Shown: positions 1 to 10,852, counted from the first letter of the stretch. The stretch: DNA of 64,000 nucleotides from Clostridia bacterium (GCA_017503105.1 JAFVTS010000008.1:206212-270211); one strand, 5' to 3'. The notes: generated by a model from the letters alone, not told the origin. Translations and numbers: made by a program.

Positions 1-1018
1 CCGAAATAAAAACGGAGTCCTCCGCCCCATCTGTCGGAACGGCGTCAAGGATGTCGCACTTATTGTAAGCGTATATGACGGGCTTATCGGCAGCTCCGAG
101 TTGCTCCGCGATCTCCCGCGTTACCTGAAGATGCTCGGAAAGCTCGGGATCTGACGCGTCCGATACGACCAGCAGAATATCCGCGTACTTTACCTCGTCG
201 AGGGTGGATTTGAACGCCTTTACCAAATGGTGCGGCAGCTTACGTATAAAACCGACGGTATCCGTGATAAGCACACACTCTCCCGAAGGAAGCTCCATTT
301 TTCTGGTCGTGGGGTCAAGCGTTGCGAAGAGCTTATTCTCGGAAAGCACGCCCGCGCCCGTAAGAGTATTTAAAAGCGTGGATTTTCCCGCGTTCGTATA
401 TCCTACCACCGCTATTTTCGGAATGCCGCTTCTGTCCCGACTTGCGCGCATTACGGCTCTGTTTCGTTCAAGCTCGGCAAGCCTATGCTCAAGAGCGACG
501 ACACGCTCCTTGAGATGTCTTCTGTCCGTTTCAAGCTTGGATTCACCGGGACCCCTTGAGCCGATCCCGCCGCCTTGACGCGAAAGCTCCGTCCCCTTAC
601 CTATAAGACGGGGCGCGGAATATTTAAGCTGTGCGAGCTCGACCTGAAGCTTCCCCTCTCCGCTCACCGCGTGCTTTGCGAAAATGTCAAGAATGAGCAT
701 ACTTCTGTCGATGACAGCAGGACCGTCAAGATCCTTCTCAAGATTTCTTATCTGTGCGGGAGTAAGTTCAAAATCAAACACGACGAGCTCTGCTTTTTCA
801 TTCTCGCAAAGCGCACGTATCTCCTCGACCTTTCCGCTTCCTATGCACGTGCGCGGATCGAACGTTTCCTTGACCTGTATGACCTTCGCCAAAGCTATAC
901 CGCCCGCGGTGTCGAGCAGACGCTCAAGCTCGTCAAGCGAGCGCTCACATTCGTCGAGTGCCGACGTGCTCGGACATATCCCGACGAGCACGGAGAGGCT
1001 TTTGAGTTCTTCCGTCAT
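1..1018 (-). CDS. hflX: GTPase HflX (N-terminal about 339 aa; C-terminus runs off the left edge)
   Basis: Absent from the ORF track because there is no stop in the window. My translation from ATG 1018..1016 (GGAGGTG 7 nt upstream) reads MTEELKSLSVLVG...GPGESKLETDRR...VVGYTNAGKSTLLN (G1)...DTVGF (G3)...NKCD (G4). Confidence 0.85.
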   Translation of the reverse strand, partial: MTEELKSLSVLVGICPSTSALDECERSLDELERLLDTAGGIALAKVIQVKETFDPRTCIGSGKVEEIRALCENEKAELVVFDFELTPAQIRNLEKDLDGPAVIDRSMLILDIFAKHAVSGEGKLQVELAQLKYSAPRLIGKGTELSRQGGGIGSRGPGESKLETDRRHLKERVVALEHRLAELERNRAVMRASRDRSGIPKIAVVGYTNAGKSTLLNTLTGAGVLSENKLFATLDPTTRKMELPSGECVLITDTVGFIRKLPHHLVKAFKSTLDEVKYADILLVVSDASDPELSEHLQVTREIAEQLGAADKPVIYAYNKCDILDAVPTDGAEDSVFIS

Positions 1019-1032
1019 TAGTATTCACCTCC

Positions 1033-1088
1033 AAAAAGAGAAGAAAAAGAGCGCAGCGACCTTCCATAAAACGGACAGCCCTACGCTC
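1033..1088 (-). terminator. Possible intrinsic terminator after rpmE
   Basis: Imperfect hairpin GAGCGCAG(1049-1056)/CTACGCTC(1081-1088), followed on the minus strand by TTTTTCTTCTCTTTTT. Confidence 0.4.
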
Positions 1089-1104
1089 ATTTTCAATGCA
1101 ATGA

Positions 1105-1314
1105 TTACTTGTTGTTGACCATTGCAAGACGCTTCTTGAACCTGTCAACACGTCCGCCTGCGTCTACAAACTTCTGCTTACCTGTGTAGAAAGGATGGCA
1201 CTTGGAGCAGATTTCGACGTTCATATCACCCTTAACGGAGTGAGTCTTAACAGTCTCGCCGCAAGCGCACTTTATGGTAGCTTCCTTGTATTCGGGATGC
1301 AGTCCTGCCTTCAT
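1105..1314 (-). CDS. rpmE: 50S ribosomal protein L31 (Zn-ribbon type, CxxC...CxxC)
   Basis: [20 protein letters not shown]...[27 protein letters not shown] is the canonical L31 sequence. Confidence 0.95.
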   Translation of the reverse strand: MKAGLHPEYKEATIKCACGETVKTHSVKGDMNVEICSKCHPFYTGKQKFVDAGGRVDRFKKRLAMVNNK

Positions 1315-1402
1315 TTTAACACCTCACAATAATAATTAAATTTCAAATCTATTAGATTATATCACAAAATTCTTCGTTTTGCAATACTTTTTCAGAAAAA
1401 AA

Positions 1403-2107
1403 TTAAATTTTTTCTTCGATTTTTTTACGAAGCCTTACCATAATCTTTTTTTCGAGCCTTGAGATATAGCTTTGCGATATTCCGAGTGCGTCCGCAACTT
1501 CTTTCTGAGTAAGCTCTTCACCGCCGCCAAGCCCGAAACGCATTTCTATTATAACTCTCTCCCTTGGATTGAGTTCGCTGACCGCATCTATCAGGGCGCG
1601 TCGCTCCTCTTCGTCCTCCATCCTCTTTAAAACGGTATCCCCGTCACCGTCCAGAATATCCGAAAGCAAAAGCTCGTTGCCGTCATAATCTACGCTGAGC
1701 GGCTCGTCGATAGATATCTCTCTGCGCTTTGACGAATGCTTTCTTATGAACATAAGTATCTCGTTTTCTATACATCTTGAGGCATAGGTCGCAAGCTTTA
1801 TATTTTTTTCGCTGTTGAACGTAGAAACAGCCTTCATCAGCCCTACCGTGCCTATTGAGATCAACTCCTCTATTCCCACACCCGTGTTTTCAAATCTTTT
1901 GGCTATATAAACGACGAGTCTCAGATTGTGCTCTATAAGCGCAACACGCGCCTCTTCGGTATCTATCCTTTCTATTATAAGCTCTTCTTCCTCGGCGCTG
2001 AGCGGCGCGGGAAGCATTTCGCTTCCGTTTATGTAAAAAACTCCCTTACGCCCTTTTCCAAAAGACGAAAAAAGGTGTGCGATCTTTTTCAAGAATAATA
2101 CTATCAT
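1403..2107 (-). CDS. sigE: Sporulation sigma factor SigE (pro-sigma-E)
   Basis: Sigma-70 family with an N-terminal pro-sequence ([13 protein letters not shown]) and a region 4.2 HTH ([23 protein letters not shown]). The ATGA start overlaps the spoIIGA stop, which is the classic spoIIG operon arrangement. Confidence 0.85.
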   Translation of the reverse strand: MIVLFLKKIAHLFSSFGKGRKGVFYINGSEMLPAPLSAEEEELIIERIDTEEARVALIEHNLRLVVYIAKRFENTGVGIEELISIGTVGLMKAVSTFNSEKNIKLATYASRCIENEILMFIRKHSSKRREISIDEPLSVDYDGNELLLSDILDGDGDTVLKRMEDEEERRALIDAVSELNPRERVIIEMRFGLGGGEELTQKEVADALGISQSYISRLEKKIMVRLRKKIEEKI

Positions 2108-2970
2108 AATACCCCATCAAGCACGGCGGCGGGAATGAGAGCTCCAAAGCCGCCGTACGTCCCTCCCTCTTTATCTGCTGCTATAATTACGTCTATCGCC
2201 TGTTCCGAACCGCCCGAAGCGTCGCTTATTTTCACCCCGTCGGCGCGTATACCTACGAGCAAGCCCTTTCCGCCTATCGAATACGCGGGAATTACGGCTA
2301 TACGTTTCAAAATCGCTTTATCAACGTTTCCTATCTCCGAGGTATCGCCCGGAAATTTATCGTAGATCTTTCGCGCGTAAGATAGCTTTAACAGCATAAC
2401 GGGTCGCTCGCTCACGGGCTCGGTCAGAAGATTTCCCGTGTCTACGAGCGCTTCGACCGCCGTTTCTTTTCCAAGCAAGGAAATCTTCACCGTCACGTTT
2501 TTTTGCGTAGCCGTGTGAGTGAAAAACAAAACGAGCAATCTGAAAACGCCCGAGGCAAGCAGTATCAAGAGCGCAAGCGACAAAAGGCGTCTGTTCGGAA
2601 GATCGTCGCTCTCCGAGAAGAGCCCGTTTCCCAAATGACGGTCAAGAAAAGAGTACCCGAAGCTGACGAGCCCGCCCATCAACGCCTCTAAAACGATAAA
2701 TACGGCAGTCAGCTTCATACGTCTGTAAAAGCTCGCGTTCCTGGCGGCAAAAACGAATATCAAAAGAAAATACAGAAGAGATAACCCGATCTCGGATAGA
2801 AGCCCTCCGAAAATCAATGCGTTCGCCAAAGCCAAGCCCGAGCCCACCAACGATAAGAGCATTATTCGAACAAGGCTCGATGTGACCTTCGATAAAGACG
2901 AGGCAAAGCTCAGTGAAAGTATATCAACGGTAAAATTTATAAGAAAATACACATCAATATAAAATATCAA
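2104..2970 (-). CDS. spoIIGA: Sigma-E processing aspartic peptidase SpoIIGA
   Basis: Polytopic N-terminal half plus the [10 protein letters not shown] aspartyl-protease motif. The ORF is open to ATG 3015, but an in-frame TTG at 2970 has GGAGGTG (2977-2983) 6 nt upstream. That start gives (M)[12 protein letters not shown], matching my recollection of the B. subtilis SpoIIGA N-terminus. Confidence 0.8.
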   Translation of the reverse strand: MIFYIDVYFLINFTVDILSLSFASSLSKVTSSLVRIMLLSLVGSGLALANALIFGGLLSEIGLSLLYFLLIFVFAARNASFYRRMKLTAVFIVLEALMGGLVSFGYSFLDRHLGNGLFSESDDLPNRRLLSLALLILLASGVFRLLVLFFTHTATQKNVTVKISLLGKETAVEALVDTGNLLTEPVSERPVMLLKLSYARKIYDKFPGDTSEIGNVDKAILKRIAVIPAYSIGGKGLLVGIRADGVKISDASGGSEQAIDVIIAADKEGGTYGGFGALIPAAVLDGVL

Positions 2971-3035
2971 AAAGATCACCTCCGCTAATAATAATATCAC
3001 AACGAAAGCGCACATACTGTCAGAAAATAGCGAAG

Positions 3036-3087
3036 GAAAAAATAAATCTCCGAGAAAGCGTATTACTTAAAATACCTCCCTCGGAGA
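3036..3087 (-). terminator. Intrinsic terminator after the mrp-like gene
   Basis: Stem TCTCCGAG(3047-3054)/CTCGGAGA(3080-3087), followed on the minus strand by TTTATTTTTTCC. Confidence 0.5.
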
Positions 3088-3097
3088 CGTGCTCTAT

Positions 3098-3913
3098 TTA
3101 ATTCTTTTCTATGATATCCGCCGCTCTTTCAAGGTAATCGCCCTCAAAGAGCTCTATGACGCCCTTATCGCAAAGAGATGCAAGCTCGGGATCTATCGGA
3201 AGCTCCGCGAGAACCTCGGTGCCGTGCTCCTCTGCAAGAGCCTTGATACGGCTTTCTCCGTAAGGACGAATGACCTTGCCGCAATCGGGACAAAGAATAT
3301 AGCTGTAATTCTCAACGAGGCCTATGACCTTTATGTCCATCATCTTCGCCATATTGACAGCCTTCGCCACGATCATCGAAACGAGCTCCTGAGGGCTCGT
3401 AACGATAACTATGCCGTCAAGCGGTAAGCTCTGGAATACGGTGAGCGGAACGTCACCCGTTCCGGGAGGCATATCGACGAACATATAATCAACGTCATTC
3501 CAGACCACGTCAGACCAGAACTGCTTTACGGTTCCCGCAATTACGGGACCGCGCCATACTACGGGCTTCGTTTCCTCGTCGACGAGAAGATTAAGGCTCA
3601 TTACTTCTATTCCCGTTTTGGTTTGCGGCGGGAACATACCAAGCTCACTTCCCGTGACCGAGCCCGCCTTCAAGCCGAAGGATTTAGGGATAGAGGGACC
3701 CGTGATATCCGCGTCGAGTATAGCGGTCTTATAACCCCTTCTTTGCATCGTTACGGCAAGCATAGAGGTGACGAGTGATTTTCCCACTCCGCCTTTTCCG
3801 CTTACTATGCCGATAACGCGCTTTACGTTACTTGCTTTGTTCTGAGGAACAAGGAGAGATTCTTTAGAACACTTTTCCTTGCAGTTAGAACAGTCGTGTG
3901 AACATTCTGCCAT
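3098..3913 (-). CDS. Mrp/ApbC/NBP35-family Fe-S cluster carrier ATPase
   Basis: Cys-rich N-terminus (CSHDCSNCKEKC), deviant Walker A (GKGGVGKS) and a CPDCG motif. Confidence 0.85.
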   Translation of the reverse strand: MAECSHDCSNCKEKCSKESLLVPQNKASNVKRVIGIVSGKGGVGKSLVTSMLAVTMQRRGYKTAILDADITGPSIPKSFGLKAGSVTGSELGMFPPQTKTGIEVMSLNLLVDEETKPVVWRGPVIAGTVKQFWSDVVWNDVDYMFVDMPPGTGDVPLTVFQSLPLDGIVIVTSPQELVSMIVAKAVNMAKMMDIKVIGLVENYSYILCPDCGKVIRPYGESRIKALAEEHGTEVLAELPIDPELASLCDKGVIELFEGDYLERAADIIEKN

Positions 3914-3939
3914 TTTTTATCTCCGTTTTTTGTAATTTA

Positions 3940-6246
3940 TTAAATTGCATTTATAAGAATTTCGTCTTTCGAAACCGAAATATGAGCTCCGAGGAGCTTG
4001 CTTTCCGCACTTTCGATAATAAGCTCCGCAAGCTTATCCTCAACGTTCTTTTCGATAAATCTGCGCATATTACGCGCTCCGAATTTTTCCGAATACGATT
4101 TATCCGCGATAAGCGTCAAAGCTTTTTCGTCGTACGTTAAGCGTATCCCCTGCTCGTCAAGATGATCTTTAAGCTTTTCAAGCATTATCCGAGCGATCTT
4201 TTCAAAATCGTTTTTATCAAGATGACGGAAGGCGATTATCTCATCTATCCTGTTGATAAATTCGGGTCTTAAGAATGACGCGAGCGCTCTGTTGACACGC
4301 TCCTTGTCTTGAATCTCGCGATTCTCGGCAAAGCCCGATATCGAATTCGACGACTCGCTTCCGGCGTTCGTAGTCATTATAATGATAGTATTTTCGAAAT
4401 TGACCTGTCTGCCCTGCGCGTCGGTGATCTGCCCGTCGTCGAGCACCTGAAGAAGGATATTGAGAACGTCGGGATGAGCCTTCTCTATCTCGTCAAAGAG
4501 CACGACCGAATAAGGACGGCGGCGGATCTTCTCGGTGAGCTGTCCCGCCTCGTCGTAACCGACGTATCCGGGAGGCGCACCCACTATTCTTGAGACCGAG
4601 TGCTTTTCCATAAACTCCGACATATCAAGACGTATCAGAGCTTCGGGCTGCTTGAAAAGATCCTCTGCAAGAACTTTAACGAGCTCGGTCTTTCCGACGC
4701 CCGTCGGACCTGCGAATATCATAGACACGGGATTTTTTCTGTACGAAACGCCCGAGCGCTTGCGTTTTACCGCGCGGACAACGGCGTCTACCGCCTCGTC
4801 CTGTCCTACTATCCTCGTGCGGATACGCTCGGAGAGCCCTTTAAGCTCGCCGACCTCGCCCACCGAGAGCTCGGATGCGGGAATACCCGTCCATATTTCT
4901 ATAACTTTTAAAAGATCGTTTGCTGTGAGCTCAAGGGCTTTGATGACGGGTACGAGAGCCGTTTGTCTTTGCTCGACGTTGAGTCTTTCGACTTTAAGGT
5001 CGGCAAGCTTTTTGTAATTTTCCTCCGTCTGCCCTTCGGGCTTTTCAACGAGCGCCTCGATATCTCCCGCAGTCTTATCAAGCTCGGCGAGGCGTTTCTC
5101 GTTTCTTTTATGCTCGTTGAGCTCAGGCGAGGAAAGCGCCTTTTTGGACGCCGCCTCATCGATAAGATCTATTGCCTTATCGGGCAAAAATCTGTCGGTA
5201 ATATAACGCTCCGAAAGAACGGCGGCAAGCCTTGCTACGGAATCGTTTATGATAACGCCGTGGAAATATTCGTAATATTGCTTTATGCCTTTTATTATTT
5301 CGACGGTTTCCTCAACGGAAGGCTCGTCAACCTTAACGGGTTGGAATCTGCGTTCAAGGGCGCTGTCCTTCTCTATATGCTTGCGGTATTCCTTGAGCGT
5401 CGTAGAGCCTATGACGCGTATTTCTCCGCGAGAGAGCGCGGGCTTCAAAAGATTTGCGGCACTCATACTTCCGTCAGAGGTCTCGCCCGCTCCCGCGATA
5501 TTATGGACCTCGTCTATCATAAGAATGATATTACCCGCGGCTTTTATCTCCTTCAAAAGCGCGAGTATCCTTGACTCGAACTGTCCTCTGAACTGCGTTC
5601 CTGCAACGAGAGAGGTAAGGTCAAGGAGCCATATTTCAAAGCCGACGAGAGCTTCGGGAACGCGACCTTCGACGATCCTGTGAGCAAGCTCCTCGGCTAT
5701 CGCCGTTTTTCCAACGCCCGGCTCTCCTATCAGACACGGATTGTTCTTCTGTCGGCGGCAGAGTATCTGTATTATACGGTCGATCTCTCTGTCCCTGCCG
5801 ACTATTCTGTCTATCTTTCCTTCTATCGCTCTTTGATTAAGATTCGTGCAATAAGTCGAGAGGTTCTTCTTTTGCACCTCTGCTTTTTCAGGGGCACCCT
5901 TTGGAGCGTTCTTCTTTCCTTTCCCCTGCCCAAAGGGCGGCATTCCGAATATCTCACCGAGATTAAGCGTCGGAACGTGTCCGTCCGTGGGAGCATCTGC
6001 CGAGTCTGCAACATCGGGCAGATTCGATTCTATGGATTCCATCATTCCGCCGAGCTGCTCGGAGATATTGGCAAGCTCCTCCTCGCTGATGCCCATATTT
6101 TTTATCATATCGTTTACGGGCTTGATCCCAAGCTCCGAGGCACAGGTAAGACATATTCCCTCGGCTGCTTTTTTTTCATTTTCTATGCGTGTAATAAAGA
6201 CCGCCGCAGGGCGCTTTTTACACCTTGAACAAAGTGGTATCATCAT
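3940..6246 (-). CDS. Clp/Hsp100 AAA+ ATPase (ClpA/ClpC family, two AAA modules) with an N-terminal zinc ribbon
   Basis: Walker A motifs GEPGVGKT and GPTGVGKT. The N-terminus has CSRCKK...CLTCASE in place of Clp_N repeats. Confidence 0.85.
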   Translation of the reverse strand: MMIPLCSRCKKRPAAVFITRIENEKKAAEGICLTCASELGIKPVNDMIKNMGISEEELANISEQLGGMMESIESNLPDVADSADAPTDGHVPTLNLGEIFGMPPFGQGKGKKNAPKGAPEKAEVQKKNLSTYCTNLNQRAIEGKIDRIVGRDREIDRIIQILCRRQKNNPCLIGEPGVGKTAIAEELAHRIVEGRVPEALVGFEIWLLDLTSLVAGTQFRGQFESRILALLKEIKAAGNIILMIDEVHNIAGAGETSDGSMSAANLLKPALSRGEIRVIGSTTLKEYRKHIEKDSALERRFQPVKVDEPSVEETVEIIKGIKQYYEYFHGVIINDSVARLAAVLSERYITDRFLPDKAIDLIDEAASKKALSSPELNEHKRNEKRLAELDKTAGDIEALVEKPEGQTEENYKKLADLKVERLNVEQRQTALVPVIKALELTANDLLKVIEIWTGIPASELSVGEVGELKGLSERIRTRIVGQDEAVDAVVRAVKRKRSGVSYRKNPVSMIFAGPTGVGKTELVKVLAEDLFKQPEALIRLDMSEFMEKHSVSRIVGAPPGYVGYDEAGQLTEKIRRRPYSVVLFDEIEKAHPDVLNILLQVLDDGQITDAQGRQVNFENTIIIMTTNAGSESSNSISGFAENREIQDKERVNRALASFLRPEFINRIDEIIAFRHLDKNDFEKIARIMLEKLKDHLDEQGIRLTYDEKALTLIADKSYSEKFGARNMRRFIEKNVEDKLAELIIESAESKLLGAHISVSKDEILINAI

Positions 6247-6390
6247 CGTTTTATTATATTACGCCTTTACTGTTTTAAACTTCCGAAAAGCCGAAGAGCC
6301 TTATCACGAAAAAGACGTGAGCGCTTTCGGCAAACGGTAAAATCTCCGTTTGACCTACAAAATAGCCGCAAAGCTTATTTATTACAGCTA

Positions 6391-6419
6391 ATTATACAGT
6401 ATTAAAGAACGAAAGTCAA
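6391..6419 (-). promoter_or_regulatory. Sigma-A-type promoter for the clp ATPase gene
   Basis: Minus strand reads TTGACT (6419-6414), a 17-nt spacer, then TATAAT (6396-6391). This leaves a leader of about 135 nt. Confidence 0.55.
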
Positions 6420-6439
6420 GGGAGAGCATTAAAATATAA

Positions 6440-9400
6440 TTATTTTTTTACATTTCCTTCTCCGAAGAGGGACACGAGCTTTTCTATCGTTTGCTCTTCC
6501 GATGAGACCGTTAAATTTTTCATAGCCCTATACTTTCGCGTGCTCTCGTCGAAAAAGACTACGGGAAGCGTTCCCGGGTGAAGCGTTGCCATACGGACCA
6601 CCGTGGAAATGCGTTTGTCGTTCATATTCGGAACCCTGATAAACAAGCGCTCCTCACGCGGCTTTTCCTGCTTTTTCCGCATTACGGCGTCATACTCCGA
6701 ATCAGTCATCAAAGGCTCCGCGGATTCTAAGATTATCCGCGCGTCCTCACCGTCTTCCGACGATGCCTGCCCTTCTATCAGAACGGCGTTTTCCTCAAGA
6801 AGCTCGGAGGAATATTTCGCATACTGTCTTGCGAAAACGATGACTTCTATTTCCGCGAATTTGTCGTCTACCGTCAAAAAAGCCATAGTGTCGCCGCTTT
6901 TGGTGACCTTCGTACGCTTGGCGTTGATTATACCCGCCACCCTGACGCGGCACTTATCCGTATACTTCGGATCGGAAACCGCGGAATTTTCATCAAGATC
7001 GGATATTATATCCGCGCATCTGTCAACTCCGAGCGTCGCGATATGCTTAGAATAATTATCAAGCATATGACCCGAAAAATACATTCCCGAGCTTTCCTTT
7101 TCGAGAAGCAAAAGCTCTCTGAAAGAAAATTCCTCAACGTCGGGATAGGTATAGCTTGATGAAGCGGCTTCCGCCGCGGTATCCCCCGTAAAGAAATCGA
7201 TCTGACCCGAAACGTTATTGCGCGTTCGGTCGTGCTCCGAATCAAGTATCGACTCATAACAGCGTATCAAAGCACTTCTCGGAACACCGAGAGAATCGAA
7301 CACTCCGCACTTAATGAAGGACTCCACTGTTCTTTTGTTAAGATCCGAGCCCGACATTCGTGAAACGAACTCGTCAAAGGACGCGAACGGTCTGCTCTGC
7401 CTCTTGCGCATTATAGCTTCCGTCAGCACTCTGCCCACGTTTTTTATGGCAAGAAGCCCAAAACGGATATTTCCGTCGGAAACGGCGAAATCCGACGAGC
7501 TCTCGTTGATATCGGGCGGAAGCACCTTCACACCCGCCTTTTGAGCGTCGGCAATATACTCTCTCAGCTTTGCGGTGTTGTCGAGCACGCTCGTGAGAAG
7601 CGCCGCAAAATACTCTGCGGGATAATGCGCCTTGAGATACGCGGTCCTGTAGGAAATAACGCCGTAAGCGGTGGCGTGGCTCTTATTGAACGCGTACTTT
7701 GCGAAGCCAACCATCTCCTCAAATATTTTTTCCGCGTGCTCGGACTTTATACCGCGCTCCGAGCATCCGGACACGAACGCGTCGCGCTCGGCCTGCATAG
7801 CCTCGGTTTTCTTTTTGGACATAGCGCGCCTGACAAGGTCTGCTCCTGCATAAGAATACCCCGCAAGATTTCTGCAGATCTGCATGACCTGCTCCTGATA
7901 AACAATGCAGCCGTAAGTGACGTCAAGAATATCCTTAAGCCCCTCTTCAACGTACACGGTCTTTTCCCGTCCGTGCTTTCTTGCGATAAAGGTGTCTATC
8001 GAATCCATAGGACCCGGGCGGTAAAGAGCTATACACGCTATTATATCTTCAAGAGTAGACGGCATAAGCTTAGTTAAGACCTGCTTCATACCTCCCGACT
8101 CAAGCTGAAAAACGCCGTCCGTACGCGCATCGCAAAGAAGCTCGAAGGTCTTCTTATCGTCAAGCGGTACCGAGCAAATATCAAACTCGGGCACCCTTTT
8201 TCTTATAGCCTTCTCCGTATCGTGTATAACGGTCAGATAACGAAGTCCGAGGAAATCGAACTTAACGAGTCCGAGCGCCGCGTCGGTGTTCATATCAAAC
8301 TGTGTGACGACACCCGTTCCGCTGTATGAAAGCGGCACGTATTCATAGGTAGGCTTTTCCGTTATAACGACGCCCGCCGCGTGGGTCGAGGCGTGACGCG
8401 GCATTCCCTCAAGAGAACGGCTGACGTCTATAAGCTTTGCGGCGTCGGGGTCTTTCAGATATATCTCCTTCAAATCCTTGGTAGCAAGGGCTGAATCGAG
8501 AGTTACCGACATATCGCGCGGTATCAGCTTTGCGATAAGATCGACACGGCTGTAAGGCATTCCGAGAGCTCGTCCGACGTCCCTGACGGCGGCTCTTGCC
8601 GCAAGCGTTCCGAAGGTAACGATCTGTGCCACGTGGTCCTCACCGTACTTTCGTTTTACGTAATCTATGACCTCTTCACGCCTGTTATAGCAAAAATCAA
8701 TATCGAAATCGGGCATCGAAACTCTTTCGGGATTCAGAAATCTCTCAAACAGCAGATCGAACGCTATCGGATCAACGTCCGTTATTCCTATACAAAAGGC
8801 AACGAGGCTTCCCGCTCCCGAGCCACGCCCGGGTCCGACGGGAATGTCACTTCTCTTAGCAAATGACACGAAGTCACTGACGATAAGGAAGTAAGCGTTG
8901 AAGCCCATCCTGTCAATAACGGAAAGCTCGTATTCTATACGCGAAAGATATTCATCCTCCCCGTGACGTGAAAAGTCGAATCTTCCGTCCGCCTTGCGCT
9001 TTTCGTAACCCGAATAAGCGTCTTTTCTTAGCTGTTCTTTGTGAGTAAGACCGTGCTCGGGCTTAAAATCGGGCAAATGCAACTTGTCAAAATCAAAATC
9101 AAAATTGCATTTTTCGGCAATCTCAACGCTGTTTTCAAGAGCTCCTTCAAACGAAGAAAAAAGAACGCGCATCTGCTCTGTCGTCTTAAAATAAAACTCG
9201 TCGGTTTCGAAGCCTAAAGGCCTTCCCTCCGTTATCACGTTGTTCGTCTGAATACACATAAGGGTCGCCTGAATATCGGCGTCCGAGCGCTCAAGGTAAT
9301 GAACGTCGTTAGTCGCGACCATCGGTATTCCGAGCTTTTGAGATATGGTCTTTATACCGTAAGCGACCTTGCGCTCTTCATCAAGTCCGTGGTTTTGAAT

Positions 9401-9919
9401 TTCAAGGTAAAAATCATCACCGAAGATCTTGCGCATCTCCTCAGCTTCGCGTTCTGCCTCGGAAATACTGCCCGAAATTATAAGTTTTGGTATTTTACCC
9501 GCAATGCATCCCGAGAGAGCCACAAGTCCTTCGGAATGCTCTCTGATAAGATCCATATCAACGCGCGGCTTGGAATAAAAACCGTCTATAAAGCTCTTTG
9601 AGACCATATAACAAAGATTTTTATATCCTTCGGCGTTCTTACAAAGCAAAATGAGATGGTTGCCCGATGAATCCGCGCGACCGTCCTTGTCAAGCCTTGA
9701 TCTTGCCGCGACGTAAACCTCGCAGCCGATGATCGGCTTTACCCCCTTGCTTTTCAGAGCATTATAAAATTCGACCGCACCGTACATAACGCCGTGGTCG
9801 GTGATAGCGACTGCCTTTTGTCCGCACTCGATAGCCTTGTCAGCGATCTTCGATATTTTCGTTGCTCCGTCAAGCAAGCTGTATTCGGTATGAAGATGCA
9901 AATGTACAAAATCAGCCAT
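6440..9919 (-). CDS. dnaE: DNA polymerase III alpha subunit
   Basis: 1159 aa with a PHP-domain start (HLHLHTEYSLLDG), a pol III alpha core and an OB fold. Confidence 0.95.
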   Translation of the reverse strand: MADFVHLHLHTEYSLLDGATKISKIADKAIECGQKAVAITDHGVMYGAVEFYNALKSKGVKPIIGCEVYVAARSRLDKDGRADSSGNHLILLCKNAEGYKNLCYMVSKSFIDGFYSKPRVDMDLIREHSEGLVALSGCIAGKIPKLIISGSISEAEREAEEMRKIFGDDFYLEIQNHGLDEERKVAYGIKTISQKLGIPMVATNDVHYLERSDADIQATLMCIQTNNVITEGRPLGFETDEFYFKTTEQMRVLFSSFEGALENSVEIAEKCNFDFDFDKLHLPDFKPEHGLTHKEQLRKDAYSGYEKRKADGRFDFSRHGEDEYLSRIEYELSVIDRMGFNAYFLIVSDFVSFAKRSDIPVGPGRGSGAGSLVAFCIGITDVDPIAFDLLFERFLNPERVSMPDFDIDFCYNRREEVIDYVKRKYGEDHVAQIVTFGTLAARAAVRDVGRALGMPYSRVDLIAKLIPRDMSVTLDSALATKDLKEIYLKDPDAAKLIDVSRSLEGMPRHASTHAAGVVITEKPTYEYVPLSYSGTGVVTQFDMNTDAALGLVKFDFLGLRYLTVIHDTEKAIRKRVPEFDICSVPLDDKKTFELLCDARTDGVFQLESGGMKQVLTKLMPSTLEDIIACIALYRPGPMDSIDTFIARKHGREKTVYVEEGLKDILDVTYGCIVYQEQVMQICRNLAGYSYAGADLVRRAMSKKKTEAMQAERDAFVSGCSERGIKSEHAEKIFEEMVGFAKYAFNKSHATAYGVISYRTAYLKAHYPAEYFAALLTSVLDNTAKLREYIADAQKAGVKVLPPDINESSSDFAVSDGNIRFGLLAIKNVGRVLTEAIMRKRQSRPFASFDEFVSRMSGSDLNKRTVESFIKCGVFDSLGVPRSALIRCYESILDSEHDRTRNNVSGQIDFFTGDTAAEAASSSYTYPDVEEFSFRELLLLEKESSGMYFSGHMLDNYSKHIATLGVDRCADIISDLDENSAVSDPKYTDKCRVRVAGIINAKRTKVTKSGDTMAFLTVDDKFAEIEVIVFARQYAKYSSELLEENAVLIEGQASSEDGEDARIILESAEPLMTDSEYDAVMRKKQEKPREERLFIRVPNMNDKRISTVVRMATLHPGTLPVVFFDESTRKYRAMKNLTVSSEEQTIEKLVSLFGEGNVKK

Positions 9920-9937
9920 ATCTAATGCTCCTTTCCT

Positions 9938-10828
9938 TTAATTTTTACCGTCCGCGAGCAGCTTTTTTGCAAGCTCCTCTATTTTATTAAGTCTGTGAGA
10001 AAGCCCCGGCTTGGATATCGACGGGGTAAATTTTGTCGCAAGCTGCGAGAGCGACAAAGAATTATATTCAAGACGCAGTCTTGCCGTCATAGCAAGCTCA
10101 TCGGGCAATGAACCGAGAAGCCCTGCTTCCTCAAGTCGGGAGATCACTCCGATCTGTCTCATCGCCGTTCCTACGGCTTTATTTATATTACTCATTTCGC
10201 AATTCGCTATTCTGTTAGCCTCGTTGCGAAGCTCGCTCTTGATCTTCGAATTCATTATGGAAAAAGCGGTCGTGTTCATCGCGGCAAGTCCAAAGAAATC
10301 CTCGATACAAACGCTGTTTTTGGTATATAAAATTTTCGTGTCGGCTCTTTTGGTCACCTTCATCTCTATTCCGACGTCGGCAAAGAAGCGAAGAAAGTGC
10401 TCCGTAAGATCGTCGGGTACGGTAAATTCAAGCGAATACTGCTTCTGCGGCTCCGAGACCCGCCCCGACGCGAGAAATACTCCGCGCAAGAAAGCACTTC
10501 TGCAAAAGTTACAACGCGGAGTGTACATAAGTCCGTCGTTTTTTCTTAAATCCGTTATATATTTCTTGGCAGAATTAGAGTCGAAGAACAAAACCTTACC
10601 GCGTCCGCCTTTTGATCCCGACGTCTCCTGCGTCCTTTTTGAATATATTTCCAAGATGGATTCCGAGACAAAACTACGCGCATCGGGATCGCCGAGCCGA
10701 ATAAATATACGCCCCTCGGAGAGCTCGCCCTTTGCCGCGAGAATACCCGAAAGAAGGGCTCGCCTGCAGCAAGCACTTTTATATTGCTCCCGAATTATTT
10801 CTCTTTTCTGCTCTTGACAAAAAGACAC
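9938..10828 (-). CDS. whiA: DNA-binding protein WhiA
   Basis: MSFCQEQKREI...ACCRRALLSGIL, LAGLIDADG-like middle region and a C-terminal HTH (LSLSQLATKF...GLSHRLNKI). Confidence 0.9.
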   Translation of the reverse strand: MSFCQEQKREIIREQYKSACCRRALLSGILAAKGELSEGRIFIRLGDPDARSFVSESILEIYSKRTQETSGSKGGRGKVLFFDSNSAKKYITDLRKNDGLMYTPRCNFCRSAFLRGVFLASGRVSEPQKQYSLEFTVPDDLTEHFLRFFADVGIEMKVTKRADTKILYTKNSVCIEDFFGLAAMNTTAFSIMNSKIKSELRNEANRIANCEMSNINKAVGTAMRQIGVISRLEEAGLLGSLPDELAMTARLRLEYNSLSLSQLATKFTPSISKPGLSHRLNKIEELAKKLLADGKN

Positions 10829-10852
10829 GTAAGCGCCCTCCTTCCTTTAAAA

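Noticed and set aside
204-1151. ORF-track entries of 124, 148 and 144 aa on the plus strand and 68 aa on the minus strand, in the first 1.1 kb.
   Set aside because: The plus-strand ORFs lie antisense to a clear HflX reading frame (G1/G3/G4 motifs, strong SD) that the track misses because it has no stop in the window. The 68-aa minus-strand ORF mostly overlaps hflX out of frame and runs into the hflX-rpmE spacer and rpmE. All are low-complexity and lack an SD.
6349-6355. GGTCAAA heptad (minus strand) in the clp ATPase leader as a CtsR operator.
   Set aside because: CtsR sites are tandem heptads (GGTCAAA-NAN-GGTCAAA), and only one copy is present here.
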